Shown in pieces: positions 36,690 to 48,883 of a DNA stretch of 64,000 bases (positions within the stretch are counted from its first letter, which is position 1; the number at the start of each line of letters is the position of its first letter). The stretch is taken from assembly GCA_903813345.2 (NCBI GenBank), contig CAIIXF020000001.1:2976001-3040000 (forward strand), written 5' to 3'. Both the position numbers and the translations under genes were made by a program. The notes beneath the pieces were generated by a model. It made no database searches, was not told the origin of the DNA, and worked only from the letters and a program-made list of their open reading frames with translations. Source of the stretch: Owenia fusiformis (lineage: Eukaryota).

Positions 36690-38396
36690 TCGAGGGTGGG
36701 CCTTCAAAAGAGGTCATTTATACAAGTCAAGATACACCAAAAATGTTTAGATAATGGGGAAAATATTGAATATTCAATGATAGTATATATATGAAGAGAT
36801 CAAATAATGTTACGGTACTAATCCTTATGCTGTTGTAGTACATAATTTGATGTAATATTTAGAGGTTATGTCACTATGACGTGAAATATTTAGAGGTTAT
36901 GTCACTATGACGTGAAATATGCCTGAGTTCTCCCAATATAGGCCGACCTTGGGAGGCTCTATATTTGGGCAAGAACGAAGGCATATTTCACGTCATAGTG
37001 ACATAACTGATGTATTACATGCCTTTGTTCCCATGGTTACTTTGTATCAATGACGTGACGTCATGATATTATCATGGTTATTAAAGAAATCTAATATCAA
37101 AACGAGGTAAGCGGGCTATATCGGGGTAATCGGGCAATATCGGTGGATATAGCTCGCTAACTTTCCCATTGACGTCCATACAAATGCTTCGCTAGGTATG
37201 TAATACAGGAATAAATAGATGAATGCCAGGATGCTATGAGCAGGAAAGAGATTTGTAAAACACATTTGTGACGTTGCTCCACATACCCTTGACTCCCGTT
37301 ACCATAACGACCATAACCTTTTCATTTTAAAACTAAAAGCCATGACTGTTGCAGGATATATTGCTAAAATGTCATTCTACATTCTGGAGCAATTTCATCT
37401 CATAACATGTAGATCTCTTAAAATGAGAGCATTTGTATCTTTACTTTCCGGACACCCTGTATATGTGCATATGTGAAAATGAGCTTGCAAGTAGTATGCA
37501 AACCTTCCCCTGACCGACCCGGTCATGTTTATGTCTTTTGAATGATGTCTACCCCTTGATGCATGCATCCTTTATAAGTGGTGTTAAGAATATTGGTGTA
37601 GGCCCTAGTGAAGGGAAATGTCATAAAGATTTGACGTATATCGCGATATAGCCGCGTCCCCTTTGTCTTCCAAACGCAAACGGCAGATACAAGGGGTTCT
37701 GGCGTACCAGAATGTTTGACGTAGGATTAAAAAGGAATAAGTGATTTGATATGATGCTTAATAAGCCACTTACAATATACAGGGGGGGGGATGCGATGGG
37801 TGAATGATCGCACCCCCCCCCCCCCATAACCAATAAAGAAGGAAGAAGAAAAGAGCTTTGAATGCCTTTTATTTGAAACTTCTAGTTCAATTTTGAAGGA
37901 AGTTGCATCAATTTGCCTTGTTTATGCCACAATCGCATCCCCCGACTGAAAACCAATTTTTTTGACGATCGCACCACCCTGACTGAAAGCTGGCTACCCC
38001 CCTTTAACATGTATTCAGTTGATATAGCTTTCTCATATGACTAACAAAGATACAGCCATCTTTACCCCATGCAAGATATTGCCATCTTTCATCCTAAAAA
38101 GTCACACGTGCAAGATGAGATTTACTTGTGACATCACTGGTATATAAACATCCACAACATGGCAACGAGTACATCGTTGCTATGCGTATCCATGCTCATT
38201 CTACAAAACTTAGCTGTGACGCCATAACAATGTAGCTTTGTTGCCACGTGTATCCATGTATTTTCTACAATATTGTTATGACGTCATAACAATTGAAAAA
38301 TGAAGTTCCATTAATTTCTAGCTATTTTTCACTCACTTTTATTATAAAAAGGTGAAAATATGGCATAATACAGAGTCATATGAGAAAAACTTTCTT

Positions 38397-38524
38397 GTAC
38401 TCGTACCTGTGCAATATCGTCCATTCTTGACTCGCTTTGATAATGTTTCTTTATCTCGTCTGCGACTCGATAAAGAAGAATTATCAAAGCTCATCAAGAA
38501 TGGACGATCTTGCACAGGTACTCA
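38397..38524. repeat. Long imperfect hairpin (palindromic element family)
   Basis: gtacctgtgcaatatcgtccattcttga...tttatc tcgtctgcgactc gataaa...tcaagaatggacgatcttgcacaggtac. Confidence 0.85.
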
Positions 38525-38728
38525 TATAAGAACCTCTATATAAAATACAATAAGACATGATTGTTTTGGCATTTTGAAAATAATATTTTTGTTTCCTTTC
38601 CCTTTATGATGTGTCCTTTTCAGCGTTTGGTGTTCTGCTAGGAATGGATTGAATCAGGGTTTAATTTTGCAAGCGAATCTCGAAACAGGCGCTAAGCACA
38701 ATTACCTTTATTTTACACCAAAGAGTAT

Positions 38729-38889
38729 CAGGCCCGTAGCCAGGATTTGCCAAGGGGGTTTACCTTTTGAAGAATTCCAGGGGGGTTCACTTTTGACAAT
38801 TTTGGTCCAAAAATAGCCCAAATCACTTAAAAGGTGCTCAGAATGGTGAAAACTGCATGATTTTGAAAGATTTTTTGGCTACGGGCCTG
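38729..38889. mobile_element. hAT-like MITE with 5-bp TSD; relatives at about 46636-46814 and 46846-46979
   Basis: agtat|caggcccgtagcca ... tggctacgggcctg|agtat. The internal gtgctcagaatggtg..aa..gcat is shared with the two tandem copies near 46.7 kb. Confidence 0.8.
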
Positions 38890-39564
38890 AGTATATTCAT
38901 TTTGAGGGTTTAAATAATGTGTTTTATACAGAGAGTCTGTTCCAAATATTGAGTTTGGTTTAAAGAGAAGTATCCCGGGAGAAGTATGAGGGTCCGGTAT
39001 CATTTTCAATGACAAGGGGTTATTCTTTAAGAGTTTTAATTTTATAATCCACATATCCTGAACTTGTGATTAAACTAATGATCAAAGGATGGCTTTTTGC
39101 ATCATTGTTAAATCGGGAATAAGTTTGACAATACCCATGCTTAACTTGGATTTAATTTAAAACATTCCGGTTTTATATACCCTTTGTTTGCATTCGTTTG
39201 ACTTCACTTCTTCAAAGAGACCTTCGTCAAAGATTTCAAATCAAAGGAACCAAAAAGTATAATCTTATGGCCGTTTAAACCCCAGGCTATAAACTACATG
39301 CATTTAGTTAGATCAGAGAATTTCAAAACTATTAATCCCATCAAAACAACATCATGATAAACCATGACATCTCATTTCTTCTCAGCCCTGATGTTTCAGG
39401 TGAAACAGAAAGATGCTATATGAGTATCAGAATGCCAAAACAACCTGATGAATAGAATTAGGATTCAATCCCTTACACGAAATCATCAGTGTTGACATGG
39501 GCTTTCAACTAGCCCATGGTGTTGATAAATATGATGTGTAATCAGAAAGATGGAATCTGTTTTG

Positions 39565-42500
39565 TAGTGGAATCAATTGGTGCAAGGCCCCCATAGGGAC
39601 CTTGCGTTTTCATACTAAAGTTCGTTTTGGAGTTTTTTCTTATTGTTCTATGTATTTCAAGACATTTTAGAGACAGGGCCCTTTTTCTAAAGCCCTTTTT
39701 AGAAAAATAATTGAGATTACAGAGGATACCCATTATTACTGCTTTTTAACACAATGTTAACAGAAAATTCAAATTTCAAACTCCTTATCTCACTATAATT
39801 CACCAATGGAGAATGTAAGTTGAGCAACCAAACTTGGCACAAAGTTGGACCCTAAGATAAGCTCTAATCTGAGGGGTTTGATCTTTTGTGAAATCATATA
39901 TTTGCCTAGCAACCACATAGCAACCATCTAAAATAACATATGTTACAACATAAATCCACTTAATATATGCTAGGATGCTATAAGACCATTACAAAAAGTC
40001 TTCTTATCCTAAAAACAACAATTCAAACATATTTACAGAAGTGACATCACCATGCTGCATAGCAACAACACGGCAACAGGTTACAATGCCCATTTTGACA
40101 TTTGCACACCATATTCCTATTATATACTAACTTGTATGCTTTTGGATCCCTAACACATTATTTCTTAACATACAGAAATTGTATTTAAGCATAAATGATG
40201 CAGTTATGCCTGACTATTTTCCCTAGCAACTTCCAAGCAACGGCTTAAAATAATGGTTAAATTTGCCTAGCAATGACCTAGCAACAGCTTAAAATAGCAA
40301 TGTTTCTCATAAAAATCTCACTATATATCCACTATTATTTACTTGAAGAAAATTAATATGTATGTCTTTTAATTTATAAAGCTTTGTTGCTGCACACTTA
40401 AAAAATATCTGTAGTCTTTTGTGTAAAGCATGATGGGACATTTCTTGTCTTATGTTTATCAAATTGCAAAAGTCCTGCAATTCATGTTTCAGTTCTGAGA
40501 TAAAGTAAACATAAAATATTCATTGTATTTATCAAGAGGAGGGAAAACCCCATGACTCAATTTATGACATATGATTTCCTCCTTCGCGCACCTCCTTTCC
40601 CGGAAGTACTTAGCCTCCATCTTGGTTTTCAAAGTTTTCAAATTGACCTAGGTTTAAACCAATCAACGATCGACTCGCTAAACCAATCAGCGACGATGTC
40701 ATCTCAATACAGATTTTCATTATAAGCGTATGTCATCTTTGAACCCTGGGGTATCTCCCCCTCTTGTATTTATCCTTATTACATGTACATTTTCAGCTTT
40801 GATACCCCTAAGATAATACTTTATTTGGGTTAATTGCTACAATTTCCTTTGCAGTTGCATAGTTTCGGTGCAGTAGATTGCAGTTCCCTTTGCAGTCACA
40901 TTTTGTGCATCCACATTTAATTATGACTTTACATGCCTCGGATACTTGCAACAGTATTATCTATCTAGGTACGCAAAATACTGATGCGCTCCTCAACCAT
41001 CCCATGGTGAAAGAAGAACTGGATCCACTCTATACCATTGCCCCCATACATGTGCTCCTTGGAGAGCTGCTGGCATGACATGATAGAGTGCTGCATCTCA
41101 TGTTGGAGGTACTCTATCGGGATCCATCTGTCATGAGTGAACACGTGTCTGCGCATGGTATTGAGATTTGTCTCACTGTTTTTAGACTGGTAAACCAGGA
41201 TAATGAACCTCTCAATTGTGCCCATAACTTCTGTTGTTACGGTTGATGGATGATCTGCGAGAGTCAAAAGGACACCTGTTAGATCATTACATAAGTTCCA
41301 TTGCTGGAAAACTGTCACCTTGCTCTGATGGTAAAATCCAGATGTGGTATCAGTTCCAGTATGGCCGTGGAACATTGGCAGCGTCATTGACATGATCTTT
41401 GTGGTCATAGTGCTCTAACATTCTCATGAACTGGAATGTAGCAATACGTTTTGCATTTTGAAAATGCTACATAGACCTCAATCTGTAGCTCAGAGGCACA
41501 GGCTAAGGCTATCACATGCACAATATAACATTTCTGTCAACTGATCTTATCATACATGTCCTGCAACCTTTTCCGACACCATGAGACACATGCAAAAACA
41601 TGTGTATCTGCCTCATGACATTGTTAATTTTCCACATTTGGATAGTAATATTCCACTGAACCCAGCATATGGGGTTTATGTATCCCAGCAGGGCGTGTTC
41701 AAAATACTAATATATAGATTTTAAATCAAGACACCATATTTTACTGATTAAATCGGTAGGTCAAGGTTATACTTGTTAAAAGCTTAAAATCCTATCTGGG
41801 CTTTGCTGAAACATACAAGTCATTAATTTCAAAGTTTCAACTACTTGAGATGCTGAAGGATGTTGGAATTGTGCAAAGGGCTCTATCTTTCAAGAAAGTG
41901 TTGCCAATTGCTTGGTAGTTTGGTGTTAGGATAGGATTTCTCAGAAACAATGACAACAAGATAGAGTTCATAACTAGCAACTGTTACAAGACATATTATG
42001 GCAGACGATAGAATCTTTGTCTCAACCATTGAAGGAGAGTGCATCAGTAATCCTGCTAATTATGCCATAATAGTCCCTGCTCCCAGGAAGAGGCAGATTC
42101 ACAAATATGTTTTTGGATGTGTCTCATGGTGTCGGAAAAGGTTGCAGGACATTTATGATAAGATCAGTGGACAGTAATGTTGTGATAGCCTTAGCCTATG
42201 CCTCTGAGCTACAGATTGAGATCTATGTAGCATTTTCAAAAGGCAAAAGTAACGCTACATTCCAATTTATGAATTTGCTTGAGCACTATGCTGTCAATGT
42301 TCCATGCCCTTACTGGAACTGATGCCACATCTGGATTTTACCATCATAGCAGGGTGACAGTTTTCAAGCAATGGAACTTATGTAATGATCTTACAGGTGC
42401 CCTTTTGACAAGAAGCACATGTATGGGGCAGTGGTATATAGTGGATCCAGTTCTTCCTTCACCAAGCCTATAGGGATGGTTTAGGAGTCCATCGGGATTG

Positions 42501-43620
42501 TGGGTGCCCAGATGGACAATATTGCCCAAACATCCAAAGCATGTAAAGTCATAATTAAATGTGGATGCACCAAATGTGACTGCAAAGGGAACTTCAAATG
42601 CCATGGTGCATTCTACTGCATCGAACTACACACCTGCAAAGGAAATTGAAGCAATTCACCAAAATAAAGTATTATCTTAGGAGTATCAATGCTGAAAATG
42701 TATCAATTTCAATGTGATGAATATTTCGTGTTTACTTTGTCTCAGAACTGAAACATGAATTGCAATTTGATATACATATGACAAGAAATGTTCCATCATG
42801 CTTTACACAAGAGACTAAAGATTTTTAAGTGAGCAGCTATAAAGCTTATAAATTACAAAAGACATATATATTGATTTTCTTCAAGTACATATAGTGGATA
42901 TATAGTGAAATTCTTATGAGAAACATTGCTATTTTAAGATGTTGCTAGGTCATTGCTAGGCAAATTTAACCTTTCAAGCCGTTGCTAGGGAAAATGGTCA
43001 GACATAACTGCATCAATACATTTGCTATATGTTAAGAAATAATGTGGAAGAGATCCAAAAGCAGTGAACATATAATAGATATATGGTCTGCAAATGTCAA
43101 AATGGGCATTGTAACCTGTTGCCATGTTGTTGCCATGTAACATGGTGATGTCACTTCTGTAAATATGTTCAAATTGTTGTATTTTAGGATAAGAATACTT
43201 TTTTGTAATGGTCTCAAAGCATCCTAGCATATATTGAGTGGATTTATATTGTAAAATATGTTATTTTAGGTGGTTGCTATGTGGTTGCTAGGCAAATATA
43301 TGATATCACAAAAAATCAAAGCCCTAAGATTAGAGTTTATCCTAGGCTCTAACTTTGTGCCAAGTTTGGTTGCTCAATTCCCATTCTCCATTGGTGAATT
43401 ATAGTGAGATAAGGAGTTTGGAATTTGAATTTTCTATTGAAATTGTGTTAAAAAGCAGAAATAACAGGTATCCTGTGTAATATCAATTATTTTTCTAAAA
43501 TGGGCTTTAGAAAAAGGGCCCTGTCTCTTAAATATCTTAAAATACATAAAACTATAAGAAAATACTCAAAAACAAACTTTAGTATGAAAACGCAAGATCA
43601 TTCACCAATTGATTCCGCTA
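39565..43620. mobile_element. Academ-like DNA transposon derivative forming a 4-kb foldback
   Basis: TAG...CTA termini (tagtggaatcaattggtg / caccaattgattccgcta), 3-bp TSD TTG. Both arms carry decayed XPG/PIN-like and Cys-rich coding remnants (FLRNNDNK, EEAD, IRSVDS, FHALTGTDATSGF, IERFIILVY, KCGCTKCDCKGNxKC). Confidence 0.85.
40533..40766. mobile_element. P-element-like MITE nested in the left Academ arm
   Basis: tatttat|caagaggagggaaaacccca ... tggggtatctccccctcttg|tatttat: 7-bp TSD and CAAGAG termini. It is absent from the mirrored right arm. Confidence 0.75.
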
Positions 43621-44042
43621 TTGTTTAGATTAAGTGTTTTGGTACCTTGTCTCAAAGCTCTTTGACCTTATAATTTTCAAGTGGTTTTAAATTCATACAT
43701 TTCAATAATTTGGGATTGTAAGACTTTTCTGAATGATTACGCTAAATATATACACGCATATGTGAGCCTGAAACTATTAATTGAATATATTCTAAGATGA
43801 GTACCAGTTGCATTGGCTCTGTGATTGTACATTTTATGTACAAATGATCTCACATGAATCATCTGAAAGACCTAAATATTTCTTCATAATAACATTCATA
43901 TCGTCACCACGACAGCCAAGGACTTCAAATATGCCAAGCCTATATGGCTCATTCATAGGGCATCATACAAAGTGTTCGTTTCAGTTTCACAAAGGTTACA
44001 CAATATGCAATTTTAAGTGGGTTTTAAAGGATAGGTTAAATT

Positions 44043-44530
44043 AGGGAACAGGCCAGCCGGGGCACGGGGCTTCCCGGACCGGGCTTTAATAGGGGCTGAG
44101 GATTGTAGGTACCCTGAAAAGGCGTTTGAGGGGGTAGGTACAATGTAAGAGGTAAATTGGAGTGAAACCCCCGGGGGAACAATAAGCCTTTAACGGGGAA
44201 TGGGAGGAAGGTACCCTGTAGAATAATAGCTTTAACGGGGTGCTGGGGGGACGTATTCTGCAAAGTAGGGTTTTAACAGGGGGTAGATGTGGAAAAGTGG
44301 GACAGGGGGTTGAGGGGGTAGGTACCATGTTAAGGCAGAGCCTTAACCAGGGCCTTAACGGAGGTTGAGGAGGTAGGTATATACTCTATTTAGTAGCGCA
44401 TACACAGGGTAATGGAGTAGGTGTCATGTAAAAAGGAGCCTTGACATGGGGACCGTCGAAGGGGGTAGTTGCCCTTTTAAAATAGGGCCTTAACATGATA
44501 TTGAGGGGATAGAAGATGGGGATATGGGAG
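44043..44530 (+). repeat. Degenerate G-rich tandem repeat
   Basis: Recurring (c/t)ttaac(g/a)ggg...gggtaggtacc motifs with many G3-G6 runs on the + strand. Confidence 0.65.
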
Positions 44531-47500
44531 TAGATTCCCTATAAACCTTTTACAGAAAAATAGTTAACAAAAGGATTAATGCAAATGCCTTTTATATGAA
44601 CAAAATGTCAACTGCGGGGAGTTTCCTGCACCCGCGATATGGTTTGTTCATTTAGAATAAGATAAACCATGACCATGTATTCCATTCTGACAGAATTTCA
44701 TCTCATATCATTATTATGTTCGGAATCCTGGTTCGTAATGTTCCCGGGGAATGTCTATTCAAAAAAATAATTTTAGATAGATACAAAATAATATTGATAA
44801 TACACATAGACACTTAATTTGGCTCAAGTTTGAATTTAATTGGCGGATTCATAAATAAAATCCGTCAAATTTCAGTTTGGAATTTTTGTCCAATACACTT
44901 CAGAAAAACTTCCGGAGCCCCATTTTCTATCAACATGTCAGCAATTCTACATTCTTCCAAAAGAAATACAGAAAATATCTCAGTAAATATCTGTCCTAAT
45001 GAGATAGTTTTGAAGTTCGAAAACCGGGTGAAATTGGTTATAGTAAATTGAATATGATAATCAGAGCCAGAAAACAGAGATACATGTACGTAGCTAAAAT
45101 AATGGGGAATTAAAAATAGCCTCTAATAAAGTGCAATCATGAACTCTCTTGAAAGCCCATGCTCTAATCAAGGTAATCTTGGGATATCCTGTCCATTAAA
45201 AGCAAAAACCCAATCAAACAGTTAATTAATTGATTATCTGGTCTAGACTAGGGTACAAAAAAAGTATTAATATATGAAGGACAGGGGGCTACTGAAACTG
45301 GTAGTTCAAGCGTATGCTTGTAATGCCTGGGTCATATTTGCTCAGAATCATCGTTCGGCCTCCGGTCGATTGAGTATTTTGTTTAAAATTGTAAATTAGG
45401 GTTTGAACAAAACACTCAATCGGCCGGCGCCCGGCAGATGAATTGGAGCAAATGGGACCTAGGCATATGAGGGGCAACATTTTAGATATAGTATTGTTTG
45501 AAATCCTGGGAAAATGCACTCCCCCAATTTTGCAATTATGGTCTGGTGCTAATGAACCCTTTAATTTGTTTTCGTTTACATGAGCAACTAACAAATATAT
45601 TTATTCTCATTCTGTCTCAGCTTAGTTTTAATAAAATTTTACCCCCACCCTTCGAATGTCTTTGTCTCCCTTATTTTTGCAACCCTACATTCAGTTTATT
45701 TTTAAACCAAATCAAGAAGTATCCGTCCACATATCAGATATTAAATCAATAGTTGTTTATTATAAGATTATGTTTATAGATCATAAGCTATCTGTATTTT
45801 CAGCTATAAAATTAGCCCTCCCCCTCTTCGCCGACAGATAGAGATGTATTGTTTAAAAGAATACTGCATCCCCGGTCAATAATTCTTTTACCACTTTGAG
45901 CAGTTTTCTTGTAATTTTGAGCAATTATCAAATGTGACCCGACCCCTGGAATAATTCAAAAGTCATTCCCTTAGCAAATGCTGGCTTCGGACCTGGTACT
46001 TATCAAGACGAAATAATTTTCGTTGATTATTGGAAATATCCATTTAAACAGACCCTCTTAATTTATGACAAGTTAACAATAAAAAAGAATGTTGCGATGC
46101 TTTTTGATTTGAGAACGCATATTTAGCTAAAGCAAAATACGAAATATAAACTCATGCGGTAATTATAATTTAATTTACAAATACCCGGGTCCAAATATCA
46201 TGAGTGTTGATTGCAATTATGTTCGATGATCGTCAACATGAAAGAAAAATATGTCTGAATAATTAGCTATAAAACATCTTTATTAGAACTTCCCTACACT
46301 TTTAAATGCTCATCTTGTCAAAGAGTACCATCCACCTGAGATTTAGATGTAGATCTAAAATCAAATTGTTTTCAAAAGTATTTATAGATTGGTTTACATG
46401 AGGGGTTCTGTCCATGTGGGTTGTGTATTCTTTTCATAACAAAGAGTTGTTTTGCTTCCGGGGTCTTAAATTTTTCAATTTTAAATAGTAATTAATAAGA
46501 TTAATAAGATCAAAAAGACTGGGCACTGCCGTCGCCCCATCATGATCAATACAGGTGACAATAAGCGACAGTTGTTACAGTACAAGTTATTGATTCAGGT
46601 TCATATTTGTTATAAATATAGACTTGATTACGTTTCAGACCCGTAGCAAGGATTTGCCAAGGGGTGGGTTACTTTAAAAAAAAAAAGTTATAGTTAGTTC
46701 GAAAATGGCCAAAATAATTTAAAAAGTGCTCAGAATGGTGTAAAATAATGCATTTTTGGTGACGGAGGAGGTCGCTAGAACCAATCTACTCCCCCCCCCA
46801 TGTATACGGGCCTGCATGTTCTATCTACATATTTGACTATTTGATCAGGCCCGTAGCCAGTATATTTGCCAAGGGGGTAACTTAAAACGTGCTCAGAATG
46901 GTGAAAACTGCATGATTTTGAAATACTTTTTGGCCGGGGGGGGGCGTCGAACCCGTCGAACCCCCTGGCTACGGGCACGGTTGAAAGTGGAGTTTGTTAA
47001 TTTTTCAAACTGTTCTAAAAGACGATTTCCATCTGCACACGTCTACTCATTTCGATTAAGCTATTGCCTACACTTACGCGCACACACATACTTTAAAATT
47101 AATTTTATTTTGATAATGATTTAAAAAACATCAATTATTATCAACATGAAATTAAAACGATTGTTATATTCCAAAAGTATAATTAAGCGCGACTATAGCG
47201 CATAACAACAGGTAGCCGGTCTAATTATACTGTTTGTTTTGATAAGGCAGTGAGATATCAAAACTCTTGACACGCTCTGTACACGCGAGGTCTTTGCACC
47301 TCTTGACACGTCTTGGAATCTCTAGATACGCGGAGTTTCTAGACTATCTTTGCACGTCTAGAAATTGCTTGGAACTTCACATTTGACGCAGTGTATAGTG
47401 CAAAATTCAGCAAAAATACTCAACGAGTACAGCTGTGACTGCAATATGCAGGGAAATTTGGGAATTTTAATTTTTTGATTTTTGGTCACTCACGGCACCC

Positions 47501-47906
47501 CTGGTGTCAGTTTTAGTCTCTAACTCCACGTGAAAACAAAGGTTTTTCAATTAAATGGTGTCATTTTGTTAGGGAATGATTTATCTTTAAAATGATATAT
47601 AATACATGGCATGGCTTAACATATATCATATGAATCATTCATCTTAAAACTTGGGTGTTGCTTTTTTGGCCCACCCTCAAATAAATATTATAATACCTGC
47701 CATTGTTTTATTCATATTTAACACTGTGGTTAGTCGAAATATGTGGATGCAGTCATGTACATGTTATGTATCGTAAGTGCTCGCGTACATTATAGGGTAT
47801 GGGGTCATTGCAAAAATATAACAGCAAGTCGAGGTAAGTAATTATTTCAAAGTTTCTGCTAAACATTGCGTTTTGAAATATGGCATATATATTCAATATA
47901 TATATA

Positions 47907-48883
47907 CAGTGTGTCTCAAAAAATGTTACACTTACAAAAAGTTCAATATCTTTCATAATTTTGACTTTTCCCCTAAAATATACTTTAGATACCAAAGACA
48001 AATCTTTCTCGAATAATTTGACACCATCAGATTCAAAATCTGTCCTTGATTGGCTCCACAGGACAGCTTTTAGTGTCCCATGGTAAAATCTGACTTGCGC
48101 CAACTTCTAAGTGATTAGATGGACCAAATGACAAAAGAGGAACAGTTTCTTTAACATTTAACTTTTTCTTAGTAGAAACTTGACCTTTAACTGAGTCATT
48201 CTGTAATTTTCCTATTTGGCTTACATATGATCATTGGGTCTATCCACATAAACATGCATGTGGTTCCCTCAAAATGTTCTCCAGAGCAAATCTGAGGTAC
48301 CCTTGCCCATGCGCACATGCATTCTAATATCACACTGATTTCATCAATTATTTTTGCAGAAGACCATTTAGGTCAGTTTCTGATGCCGTAAAGCGCTTTC
48401 AGAGGCCCTTCAAAAAATCAAGGGTGTAAAGTGGGATGACCCTGGGGGCCAATCCATTTTGTAATTCAATGCTATCTTCTGATTTCCAAAGAGTTCTACC
48501 AAACAATCTGCCACAGGCCTTTGCACCATCCTGTTGCCATCATACGGTAACAAAATTGAACACTCTGACAATGAAATCTTGTAATTCTATCCAGGAAAGA
48601 AACAACTGGATCATTGATCATATCAAGATATATCTGTCCACAGCATTCACACCAAAAAAGAATTGATCACCACATATCCAACCACTGAGAAGTTGGCGCA
48701 AATCAGATTTCACATGCATCCATAAAATCTGTCCCGTGCAGTCAAACTTGGACGGATTTTGAATCTGATGGTGTGGATTTATTCGACTGGGTTTTTGGTA
48801 TCAAAGTATATTTTAGGGGAAAAGTCAAAATCATGAAAGATATTGAACTTTTTGTAAGTGTAACATTTTTTTGAGACACACTG
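47907..48883 (-). mobile_element. Tc1/mariner deletion derivative with TA TSD and TIRs of about 200 bp
   Basis: ta|cagtgtgtctcaaaaaatgttacacttacaaaaagttcaatatc is mirrored at the right end. An internal minus-strand WQQDGA remnant (about 48520-48540) comes from the catalytic domain. Confidence 0.88.

Noticed and set aside
40965-42604. Functional host nuclease gene
   Set aside because: Frameshifts and stops in both copies, enclosed by TIRs and a TSD; a transposon relic.
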